Shown: piece after piece, positions 24,881-36,110 of the stretch | How the letters are laid out: every line of letters begins with the position of its first letter | Numbering within the stretch: position 1 is the first letter of the stretch | Source of the DNA: Phoronis australis | Taxonomy: Eukaryota; Animalia; Phoronida | NCBI GenBank assembly: GCA_002633005.1 | Contig: NMRA01000135.1 | Location: forward strand, 741,681 to 805,680 | Length of the DNA stretch: 64,000 nucleotides | Direction of reading: 5' to 3' | Notes under the pieces: model-generated | The model's database searches: none | What the model saw: the letters and a program-made list of their open reading frames with translations, nothing else | What the model was told of the DNA's origin: nothing | Position numbers and translations under genes: made by a program

Positions 24881-27720
24881 GGTAATAAAATACCAACCTC
24901 TGTTGCTTATACATTTTAAAAGGCGACACGAATGAGTAATAGATTTTAATTAATTTTAAATATATACACCTGAGACACCAGACAAGGCCTACAACTTTTT
25001 ATTGCTAAAGTACGTGTAATTGTAGATAAAATTGCGAGTTTTAATGATGCGTTGACAAGTTAGATCTTGCCAAATACACGTAATGTTAATAAAAATTTCA
25101 CCATAAATCAGAATTTTGGCATGCTCGTGCCTAGTGTGACTTGTGACGCGTCCTTGTTTTCAATTCAACTTGCTTTTTGCACGCCCCGTTGCTGCAGTGG
25201 CAGATATAGGATTTTACAGCGGATCCCAATTTCAGTTTACGTTCTTAACTGCACGTAGTGTATTTCATCCTTAAAGGTTTTTGATAATTAATTAGTTAAA
25301 GCTTGTTCTTTATGAACGGCGACAAGAACTTCTCTGAATATACTCGCTCTTACAGAAACGGAAATAAAGTTTAATCACACATCATCCTCAAAAGGGGTCG
25401 GGCACAAAACTGAACTAACATTAGCCTAAAGGTACCAGTAATCGTCATAACTACCATCAATCAAAATCTCCTTGGAAAATACTTGTACGGTAGGCGGCAG
25501 TTGCCGAAATAGTTGTGAACTGTTTCTGGGTTTCTTGTTTGGTAGTTAAAGTTGCCTTCGAACCAATCCGATAGTCTTGTAAATCGTAATAACTAGTAAC
25601 GTGTAATACGAGCAGTGAGTGAACGGTATTGAATTGTGAGGATTTGACTGATTTTCTATTTTAAGCTCAATAAAATACGAAAGCTATTTAAGTTTTTTGT
25701 GAGGAAATGTACCTTATTTTGTAAGTATTTTGTAAAAAGCCTACCTTTGGGCGATACAATCCGTATCTGCCGCTTATATAGGTTATCACACACCGGGGTA
25801 TACTGCCATAAAAGAGCAACAAGGCCCGTGCAGCTTAGAAGGTGTATTTTTCTCGATTAAATTGTCCTCGAAATGGTGGCTTTTCTAACAGAATTCCATG
25901 CAAATGGAAATAGGAACTCCACAAAAGGGCCGTTTTCCAAAAACACAATTCCACTACCTTTTTGTATGTTCTCTATGTTTTTAATCCATTGTTGTTAAAG
26001 ATTTACTAAGATTTAGCTGTCCAAGAATTTATACAACTACGAAAGTGTCAGGTTTATGAATTGAATTTAAAGCTTTAAAATAATGCAAATAACAAAATAT
26101 TAATAAGATTGCTAAAGTGACCTTAAATACGGCTAATACCGTAAATGTTTTCATTGCACACCATTTCAGGCACGTTGCCTGTTGCACATGCTTGTGTCCC
26201 ATCCTCGTTAGAATACCTTGAAAACATTATGTAAGACGACATTCTTGATGCTAATTCAAAACCTCGTTTTCAATTTGAGACCCCCCAGTCTGCACTCTTT
26301 TTCATATTAAAGATGCCATGTCTCACTTAATACGTGAATATTCAAATTTGTAGCAAGCCCTACCAAGTGACTGGAGAGCAGCGTGTGTACAAGTACAATC
26401 AGAAAAAGAAACAACTTGTAAATAAATTGCGATTTTAAAGAAGACACTCCAGCTGATACATCTAAAAACAGGTGCTGACATATAAAAATCTTTCCTAGTA
26501 ATACCAAATATTACTCAACTGTTATTTGATAATGAACTAAACTAATAGTAAAAACTGTGCCTTGCTTTATTAGGGTAGCGACAATGCTGCTGGGTCTCCC
26601 AGGGATTCCCGTGTCGTACTAAGAAATGTGGACGAGAAGTGCTTGCAAATACCTTGAATTTGCACTGCTAGAGATGTAACATGACATGATGTTGAATACT
26701 GTCCAAGGTGACGGCAAAATGAAATTGCGGAACCAATGCTTTTGTTGTGGTCACCGTGAGGTCTCAATGAGTGTTGGCCAAGGAGCCAGACCTCAGTTGT
26801 CGGTGGCCTTCAGCTTCTGTACACACTAAGATCTTTACCTTTAACACAAAGCTCGATTTAAGCTGGAGCGGCCCTCGGATACTTAATGGTAGTCGACGTG
26901 CCTACAATTAGGGCTAGTCAAGTGGGCACTCAGAAACAAAGCAGGACATTGTAATACGTTGTTCAGAGGGAATCAAGGTAACAGCCGAAGTGGAATACAA
27001 ACGGTTGTCATTCGTCTTAATTAGTTGCTAAATGACTCGGCACTCCAGCTTGAATCGTTGTGATGTTTTCTTTAAATCGCACTTTATTTACAAATTGTTT
27101 CTTCTCCTCACTTTGCTTGTGCACACAGTTTTCTAGGCGCTTGCTTTAAATTTGAATATTCACAATTCCAATGAGACATAGCGTCTTTAATAGCATTTTA
27201 ACTCAATTTCTGACATTCTTACACTTCCATTTATTTTCAGTTGTAACTCGATTAAAATTGATGGCGCGCGTTATGTGAGAATTATGTCTTTATCTCCTCC
27301 CAATTACCAAAGTTACGAAGATGTTTTCAAAGCATGGGCATTTTTGGGGTTCGCGCGTGTAGCGGAAAATTTGAACAAAATTGCTGGTGTCATCAGTTGT
27401 TTCCCGATGCGCTGAGGTCGTAGCCGTTTTTATTACTGGATATGGTCTTCCATAATATAGTAGATCCGACTTGGAATCAAACCCACAATAGCGTAGTAAA
27501 CACTACACGTCGAGAGGTTGTAACTCCCAAAACTGTTGACCTTTGAACTTGAGCTTGCGCACTTTGTTGTCGCACACAAAACAGATTGACATTAAATTTG
27601 AAATGTTTTCCCTGGCAAAAAATAACCCATTTTCCAGGGGTAAATGAACTATGCGAATCATGAAATAAGTCATCGTGGACACTTCCTCGCCATGGCAGTT
27701 GTACCATAACATTGCACATC

Positions 27721-27755
27721 CATAAATTTGAGGCCTCGATTGAATTTCAATCAGT
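27721..27755 (+). promoter_or_regulatory. Core promoter of cystine-knot gene A: TATA-like CATAAAT and TCAGT initiator
   Basis: CATAAAT 27721-27727 lies ~32 bp upstream of the A in TCAGT (27753), which is 33 bp before the ATG; the paralog has TATAAAT at the same position. Confidence 0.65.
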
Positions 27756-27785
27756 CTCTCATATGAGTCTATTTGACCGAGCAAG

Positions 27786-30700
27786 ATGAAATTGGTAAGA
27801 AGTGTTCAAACTGATAATTAATTTCAATCTTTAATGCCAGGATTTGTATTGGAAATTATCAATTTTCTTGGTTTTCACGGCGGTGCTCCCTCTTTGAGTA
27901 TTCAACAAACAAGTTTTGTTTTAGTTAAATAACTCTACAAATTAGTTTCGTTGATTGCTTTGGCTGAAAAAAATAGAAAAAATCTTCCGCGAGAGTAAAC
28001 TCCAGCACCACGCATTTGGAATGAAATAGGTAATAACATTTTAAGGGTTTTGCTTTTACTGCGTTGCACTTTAAATGAACGACTATTAACATTTTTCTTA
28101 AAGTTAAAACTTTTACTGTAAACTAATCTCCATGCATGGTTTTTGAAAATCCTTGAATAATCTTCTTTTGTTTCCACCAACCTAGAACATAGAATGAGTT
28201 TCAGCAATAGCAAGATAAAACTGAAACATTCGTAAATTGCATATCTGTTCGTTTACTTTTCAAAACAATTGTAAGTCTAAAACCTGTTTGCATAACCAAA
28301 AGTTCAAAATCTGGTAAAGGTCTATATTAAGTTCTGCTTATCTAAAAACCGTTTTTGTCGTAATAGCATCATTTTGAATGATTTCAGTAAATTTGATTTG
28401 TGTTCTATTAAGTTTTCACTTAAAATGAAGCTCAAGCACTGTTAACTGTGTAAAGATACAAGCAATCGGAGGCCCGATAGTAGCAAGTGGAAACTAATTA
28501 GATCACGTGTTCTTACTAATCTTGCAAGAAGCTAGCCCAATGAAAGGTAGCCTAAGAGAGCGTTGTATAGTTGCAATAGGCTTGCGAGTAAAGATAGTGA
28601 GGTGATATGCTTCCCTTCTAGTGACTCTCGAAGATTCGCGTGGTCTCGCTTTTCTCTCAAAAGAATTGCTGTACAAAACGCATTCTACATTACGAGACAT
28701 TTGACTCCATTTTGATTTGCCTTTTGTGCAAAATTAAACTGAAACTCACTTTACTTACGCAAAATGAGTGCAAGGGTGTGTTTACGTAAAGTGGCTCAAG
28801 GATGTATTTACAGGCTCCTAACTATGCTAATGTATAGCAGATAATCTACTCTAAACGAAGTACAGTTGTATTCATTGACAACTTGTAAGTGTGAAAACAA
28901 AAAAAAATTCTGCAAATAGGTGCCCTTTACACTAATGACGTGCCTCACTTTGTCATATAGCCAGCATCGTGCAGTGTTATTCCACAACACCACGTCATGA
29001 TACTTACTAGACACGGTTCAGTGATTTGCGGAGGATCATATTCGCCACAGAACTCGTTCTTAAAAACATTTAGCAATTTTCAACCTACTTCTTCATATTT
29101 ACATCGTCGCTATATGCTGTGTTTTGAACTAATTAGGCCAAGCAATCACAGAGATAAGGTATTAACGTGCAGTTCCACCTGAAAACTTTTAAGTTTTAAG
29201 TTTATGTCTTAAGACATAAATTTGGTGTAACACTCACTGGTCACAATTACAGAATAGGCTTACCACAGTGTAGCCATATTTCATACAAGTATTCATGGTA
29301 GCTATTAGTTTATGGATATATTCAGAGACTTTGTACTTTGTGCTGAATTGACATCTATTTTTTCAGAAATATTTGGGTCGAGCGTAAGACCAAGTAGTTT
29401 TGAGTCATTTTTCCTAAAACAGACTCTAGGTGTAATTTCAAACACATTTTTTGTTTTTCTCTTAAAACTTTATTGAATGACGTGGGTCGAAGTACTTACA
29501 ATATTTCAAATGTTTATCAAACTCAAGTCCCATTGACGGAACACTAGACTTAGAAATTATGTCCCTGTAGAACAACTACTTAAATTTGACTTGCACGACT
29601 AGTTGTTTCAGCTACTGTCATTTGCAGATCTATGTATATTGCATTTTAGATCTTCGTATACGCTCTCCTGGCGTGTGTCGCAGGGTTGCTTCAAGCTGGC
29701 GATGCCAAAATGTACGGCATCATGGAAGGCAACGTCGATAACACAGATCCCAGCGAACGTTCAGTAGAAGAGGGCGATGATCAAGGCAACGAAGAAGTTG
29801 TCGAACAGCCAGATTTCAGCGCTCGAACAGTGGAGGACTCGTTGGAAGACGACGACAGCGAATCCGACCCTTCCGCTCGCTCTGAAACTGACGTTATGCC
29901 TGACAGCGTTGATGTACACAAAAGATTGTTTCCAGGGAATTGTACGATCTACCGAAGGCGGTTCATTTTGTATCTCCGAATAAACGGGAAGCTTTACCGA
30001 CTACGCCATGTATACATAAGCCACTGGTGTCGCGTCCCAGGGTAAGGCGTTTTAAGCTGAGAGTTGAATCTCCAGGTAGTAAATTGTCAAAAAATAAAAT
30101 GAAGATGGGGAACTTTACTTGACATTCTGCCTTGTGCTTACGAAAAACGTCAAAAATTGTCAATACTCTGCGTTGTAACGAGGTCTCATATATAATTAAA
30201 ATGCATTATTTTCAAACGTGAAACGACAGAACCTTTAATTTAAAGGATACTAAACCCTGTTTTGATGATTTCAACCAATCCTCAGTCTGCCATCTCCTAA
30301 TGGATTATTGGCGTCAATTTTGAAAGATAAAAGTTGGAATCAACTAAAACTCTAATCTGACAAACTGGACATCGCGGTCCTTTGTGGGTGGTCTTTTCCC
30401 ATTGTTGCCGTGTAATTCGCTAAAAGTTTAGGTCACGCTTGCCCGTTTAGCAGACTTTGCAAGCAGTTTTCAAAATTTCCTCTACACTTTTGAGGGTTGC
30501 CGAGGGTTACTGCGCATTATTCGTTTCAGAGACCTGGATGGGAAAGTCGTTTCAAGTATCTGTTGATAGGCTAAAACCGAGTTTGATATCCTTTTAAACT
30601 TTAAATGGTTAAATTCGTCAGGGAGGATTACTAAAGGGGATAGTGTTTTGCTTTTGTTTCACGTGACTGTCACGCTGCGTGTGTTGATTCGGTGACGGCG

Positions 30701-31195
30701 GTGGTGCATGTTCTTGTCCAGATACCTGCTTCCCTTCCTGAACGGTAGATGTCGTGATATTTGCTTTACGCAGAGGTCTATGGACTGAAGAGTCTGCTCT
30801 GAGGGTATCGTAGCTCAGAATAGCCGAAGAAAAACGTAAATCTTAGCATGTTGGTGTCTCTGCGTCACCTCTCACTACTTGACAAAACTTATCCAAAGCT
30901 TCTACTGAAAACATGCTCAATCAAAATATATATTCATATCTTCATGTACCAAATACAGTGCCCACTGTGAGATTCGCCGCATTATTAAATGAGCTATGGT
31001 TACGCGGTGAGACTTGAGTGAGTTGGTTACTTTTCTATTTGCAGAGAAATTTGCGAGTTTCGCGGTAGGAATGGAAAATGTTACACTCGCCGATTCCGAG
31101 TTCGCACCATCGCCAGGTGCATGAGATGTAGCAAATGGGTTAGAGTTTGGTTCATTTTGGTAAGATGTTGCTGCGTCCGCTTTAAACTTGGCTAA
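27786..31195 (+). CDS. Gene A: secreted preproprotein (183 aa) with acidic propeptide and Arg-rich neurotrophin/Spaetzle-like cystine-knot mature domain; exons 27786-27794, 29650-30041, 31045-31195
   Basis: ATGAAATTG|GTAAGA; TTTTAG|ATC; GG|GTAAGG; TTTTCTATTTGCAG|A. The phases join into MKLIFVYALLACVAGLLQAGDA-[acidic]-VHKR-LFPGNC...CRVPGEICEFRGRNGKCYTRRFRVRTIARCMRCSKWVRVWFILVRCCCVRFKLG*. All splice sites, frame and AATAAA (31514-31519) are conserved in the paralog. Confidence 0.85.
30244..30593. mobile_element. Kolobok-type MITE (TTAA TSD) in intron 2 of gene A
   Basis: TTAA|AGGATACTAAAC...GTTTGATATCCT(T)|TTAA; empty site in the paralog intron near 54165; a second, inverted copy at ~38856-39184. 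Confidence 0.8.
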
Positions 31196-32799
31196 AGAAC
31201 AGATGGCTACAGAGACGACCTGTGAAGAGCTTACCACAATGGGAAGTGAAAAAACATGGCAATGAAACGTATTATAATTTTCTGGCATTGTTTTGTTAAT
31301 ATTTCGAGCTTTTCGCACATGTAATTTCTGGATGTGTCTAGAATTCATTTAAGCTAGAATAGCTTTTAATATTTTTTGTGCACCTGTGTGTTAAGGTCAA
31401 GGACTTTTGAGAAAAACTCACGCTGTTGGGTCTACATGAAGTGCTGTTTCCAAGGTAACACTTTCAACTGCCAAAATGTTTTGTTAACTGTCCACCTGAC
31501 AACAAGACATTCAAATAAAACCTGCTTCATTTTCACTACGTAATAGTGTTAACTTTTACTTTAAACACAAATGGCACATATTCGTTACATAGCCAACATT
31601 TCAACTCCAACGAGAGCTATCTAGCCTGTGTATGAACCTCTTTCAGTGAGCGCGGAGACAAACATTCGAAACACTATTTTATTTTTTTTATTCTCAAATT
31701 TCCTCCCAAAGTGTTTAATATCTCAGTCTGCGCATATGCGCACTTTATTCACTTAAACGAGACACTCTACTGTTGCCTGGAAGTGCGCACGTCACTAGAC
31801 TCGATGCACTTTCCACTCGCTCGAAAACTACTACGAACAAATTGAAAAATTGTGAGTCGTTTCACATGTAAACCGCTATGCATGACCGCAGAAACTTTAC
31901 TCCATCCCAACGTATTTTTGGTCCTTTACTTCCAGCGATAAAGAAAGCGAGGATCCGAAAAAAGGTGCAGAAGCACGCAAAATTGACACTTTTTAGCCCA
32001 AAACTATTTTTGATCACACAAATGCTAGTAAGACATATCAATCCAACACTAGATTCAGAAAAACAAATATCGTGGAAATTCAAAAAACGTGGTCCAAAAG
32101 TGTCGCCATGTCAGTAATTTTTTGCAATTCTGGGGTTGCAGGGTCCATATGAAATCGCAGCAGATTTCTCATTCGCTACGCAGAAATGCAAAAAATGCTC
32201 TGAGGAGGGGAGGGGAGGGAGGCGGCCGCCATCTTGAAGAAAAGTGTATCTACAGCGGAACTAGTGGACTTTTCTCATTCCCAACATGATAACAAACAAA
32301 AGCAAACTGTATTCACAGAACTTGATAGTAGAGCCTAGTACCTCAAATTAACCGTGGCCACAAGTACAATCTAACTGTACTGTGCCACCAAAGAATGTGT
32401 CTTTTAAGGAGAATGTTTGCCGTATGGCTGAAGTTCTACATGTAGGCTCACATGTGTGGCGAAGATGTTGCAGTTTCAGTGTCTCTGTAAAACGCTCTTG
32501 CGAAAACACCAGTGTTTTAAGGCCCGGCAGACAAACATCCTGGCTGTGAACGGGTCATTTTTGCCACAAGTTAGTTTTGTTTCCTTACCACGCGAGTCGC
32601 TTTTCATGCAATAAGTGTGATCTTCGTTATGTCAACATGCGGTAACTTTGACGAATGACAACCACCTTAAATGGGTATAAACCAGCGTTCCGTCAAAGAA
32701 GTGAAGTTTTCATTCAGACCGCTTACCGAGTTCTGTACTTGGATGAGACTGAATTCTGTAGCTGTTTTGACCTCTTAACCCCTGAGACCAGGCTCAGCG

Positions 32800-32912
32800 C
32801 ATCATGACACACCATCTTGACCCACCATCATGACGCACCGTCATGACGCACCGTCATGACGCACCGTCACGACACACCGTCACGACACACCATCACGACA
32901 CACCGTCATGAC
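32800..32912. repeat. 13-bp minisatellite (CRTCAYGACRCAC)
   Basis: ~8 tandem units visible. Confidence 0.9.
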
Positions 32913-32969
32913 AGTTTGTAGAGCCTAGTCTAAAGCCATAAAAATTGTCAGCTCTGTCGAACCCCTCAG

Positions 32970-34982
32970 TGAAATCATAACGTGACTAGTTTGACACACC
33001 CTAGCTAGGCCCTACTTCTGGAAAAAACGTGAGACCAATTTCATAACGGAAACAGAAACCTATTTTTGTATGAAAGGCGGGTTAATAGCCGCTTTAAACT
33101 TTTGCTAACAGCTAGGACTACGTTCCTTCGGATTCTCTTACTAGTTCATTCAAAATTTCCTGCAGGGATATCAAGCTCAGGTAACTGTCGGTGTTTCGTC
33201 AATTGTCTACGGCAGGCTGGTTCTAAGGGAGAGAGAATACAATACGAATTTCAAAGTGTAAAACGATCATACTATACTCGTGAAATTTTCAAATAGAAAT
33301 GTGGACATGTACTCCTGTGCCCGGTTGCATGAAACAGTCCCAAATAGGGACTCAACTAAGTTACCCAAGTCCACTGCGTATTTTTGGACTTGTGAAAACA
33401 TCGATAGCCCTTTCTTGTATTGTTTTAGTTTCATTTCTAAATGAACTTTTGACTTTGATTCAAATAGAGAGTGAACTCTACGTTGAATTGTCAATATTGT
33501 CGAAAATGGTTAGGGATCTTTTCATGCATCACCCCCAATTTACGGACTGAGTCCCTAATTATTTTCAATGAACTCTGTGCTCAGTGTTTAGTTATATTAT
33601 TAGAAAATGTCATTAATCAAATAGGAGCTCATCATAAAGATGAAATGATAGAAAAATATTACATCCGTGAGTCCATAAAGACACAAATACGCAAAAAAAA
33701 CCCCTAGGGACCTTAGTTGAGTCCATTTTGGAACTGTTTCTTGCAACCGGCCATTGATTTATCGAACTATAATTTTCTTATGATATTCAAAACGTTTGTA
33801 GGTGACATCCTATTTCAAAAGTAAATTTCGTTTAATTCTTCCTGCATGATTTTCTATCTAAGGCAGAGACCGTAGCGTCTTTGTCAAAGGTGCAATTAAG
33901 ATTTCAATCACGAAATAAAACGGCTCCTTGTCAAACAATTTTGAGAAAAATTGGCAAGAAAGTCGTCGATTTCNTGAAATCATAACGTGACTAGTTTGAC
34001 ACACCCTAGCTAGGCCCTACTTCTGGAAAAAACGTGAGACCAATTTCATAACGGAAACAGAAACCTATTTTTGTATGAAAGGCGGGTTAATAGCCGCTTT
34101 AAACTTTTGCTAACAGCTAGGACTTCGTTCCTTCGGATTCTCTTACTAGTTCATTCAAAATTTCCTGCCGGGGTATCAAGCTCATGCAGGTAACTGTCGG
34201 TGTTTCGTCAATTATCTACGACAGGCTGGTTCTAAGGGAGAGAGAATACAATACGAATTTCAAAGTGTAGAACGATCATACTATACTCGTGAAATTTTCA
34301 AATAGAAATGTGGACATGTACTCCTGTGCCCGGTTGCATGAAACAGTCCCAAATAGGGACTCAACTAAGTTATCCAAGTCCACTGCGTATTTTTAGACTT
34401 GTGAAAACATCGATAGCCCTTTCTTGTATTGTTTTAGTTTCATTTCTAAATGAACTTTTGACTTTGATTTAAATAGAGAGTGAACTCTACGTTGAATTGT
34501 CAATATTGTCGAAAATGGTTAGGGATCTTTTCATGCATCACCCCCAATTTACGGACTGAGTCCCTAATTATTTTCAATGAACTCTGTGCTCAGTGTTTAG
34601 TTATATTATTAGAAAATGTCATTAATCAAATAGGAGCTCATCATAAAGATGAAATGATAGAAAAATATTACATCCGTGAGTCCATAAAGACACAAATACG
34701 CAAAAAAAACCCCTAGGGACCTTAGTTGAGTCCATTTTGGAACTGTTTCTTGCAACCGGCCATTGATTTATCGAACTATAATTTTCTTATGATATTCAAA
34801 ACGTTTGTAGGTGACATCCTATTTCAAAAGTAAATTTCGTTTAATTCTTCCTGCATGATTTTCTATCTAAGGCAGAGACCGTAGCGTCTTTGTCAAAGGT
34901 GCAATTAAGATTTCAATCACGAAATAAAACGGCTCCTTGTCAAACAATTTTGAGAAAAATTGGCAAGAAAGTCGTCGATTTC
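32970..34982. other. ~1-kb direct duplication around a single N (33974): probable haplotype/contig-overlap artefact
   Basis: 32970-33973 vs 33975-34982 are near-identical (a few SNPs, one 4-bp indel); the identical 78-aa ORF appears twice. Confidence 0.85.
33319..33752. mobile_element. MITE with ~40-bp TIRs (CCGGTTGCATGAAACAGTCCCAAATAGGGACTCAACTAAG)
   Basis: Right end CTTAGTTGAGTCCATTTTGGAACTGTTTCTTGCAACCGGCC; independent diverged copy at ~48720-49076. Confidence 0.75.
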
Positions 34983-35556
34983 AACGACGTGTAGTTATTT
35001 GGACAGTAACCTGTGTCACAGAATCTTACCCCACCGCCTTTCGTAATCCAGGAAAAGGACGCAGTCTGGCCACCGGCTGGTGAATGATCTTCGATGAAAT
35101 TTGTTTCGGATGACTTATAAGTCACACTGATGTTAGTTCGTTGTGAATACGCAGCTACTGTCGCAAACCTTATGCTACCTATACTGCCCGTTTGGGAAAT
35201 ATAGCAAAATCACAAATCGAGAGACTAAAATTGATAAGTGTTGGCAAACCTTTCGGCCTAGTCCGCCAGCCCTCTCAATGACTGGCGGATCAGGTCGAAA
35301 TGTCTGCCAACCGACACCCGTCAATTTTAGTCTTTCAGTAAGTGATTTTGGTACATTTATCAGGCCATCGAGATACCATGATAAACCTATCTTACCGAAT
35401 ACTGTTGTCCTATTCTTGTTATACAAAACGTTTATGGGATACTTAGAGCCGTGTTTTGTCTGTTCTCAGCTGCATTTTTAAAATGTTTTCTAAGTGAACA
35501 ACATTCTGGAAAATCAATTAAATATTGCCGAGATCTGAGGTTTTATCAAGAGGACC

Positions 35557-36110
35557 TTTTTATGCGCCCACATATTTATATGTGGTCGCATATTGCCGTC
35601 GTCTCTGTTTGGGCGTCCGGCGTCCGTCGTCCAGTGCCCAGCGTCCACAGATGTATCCCCTGAACCTCTTACAGGGTCTTGATGAGATTTGGCAGATGTG
35701 TTCCTATAAAGTTGAATACGGATAGCGACGAATTTTGGACCCCTCCAACCACTGGTGTGCACCCCCAGTGGAAATTTAATTTTTTACGCTCACCATTGTA
35801 TCTTCTGCGTTCCTCAGTGGATTTTCATAATTTCGGTGGTAGGCATCTACTTGTGAGATGACACTACCCTGTCGTTTTCGAATGGATTCCAGGTATTTTG
35901 CGCTACCTACTGGCAGTTTTCACCGTTTTCGAGTCTGTTTTTGGCGTCCGCCTCTCAATCGATAAAACCACTCTGAGAATGATTGTGAAAATTGGCATAA
36001 AGAGGATGACTGAAGATGATTTTCCGTCGACTTCTACTACCGTGGCGCAGCCTTTAGGCAGTTTTTTTGCGCCATGGCTGTATCTCCTAAACACTGTGCA
36101 AGATGCTCAC
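35557..36110 (+). mobile_element. Possible DINE-1/HINE-like (Helentron-derived) non-autonomous repeat
   Basis: Starts TTTTTATGCGCCCACAT, then a short hairpin (CCACATATTTATATGTGG) and a CGTC-type microsatellite, the usual HINE layout; 3' end approximate. Confidence 0.4.

Larger units (their letters stand above)
16165..32106. repeat. Left arm of a large diverged inverted segmental duplication (right arm ~52660-62075)
   Basis: Collinear inverted anchors: 16170/62060, 16930-17540/60520-61110, 24880-25950/58560-59730, 27460-28600/55440-56690, 29200-32106/52660-55200. Confidence 0.85.

Noticed and set aside
30917-31348. 143-aa minus-strand ORF with a similar sequence near 53510-53750
   Set aside because: Antisense shadow of gene A exon 3; the frame is not preserved in the paralog, whereas the + strand exon is.
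32970-34982. Duplicated 78-aa ORF MNSTLNCQYC
   Set aside because: Same single-N artefact; the ORF lies inside a MITE.
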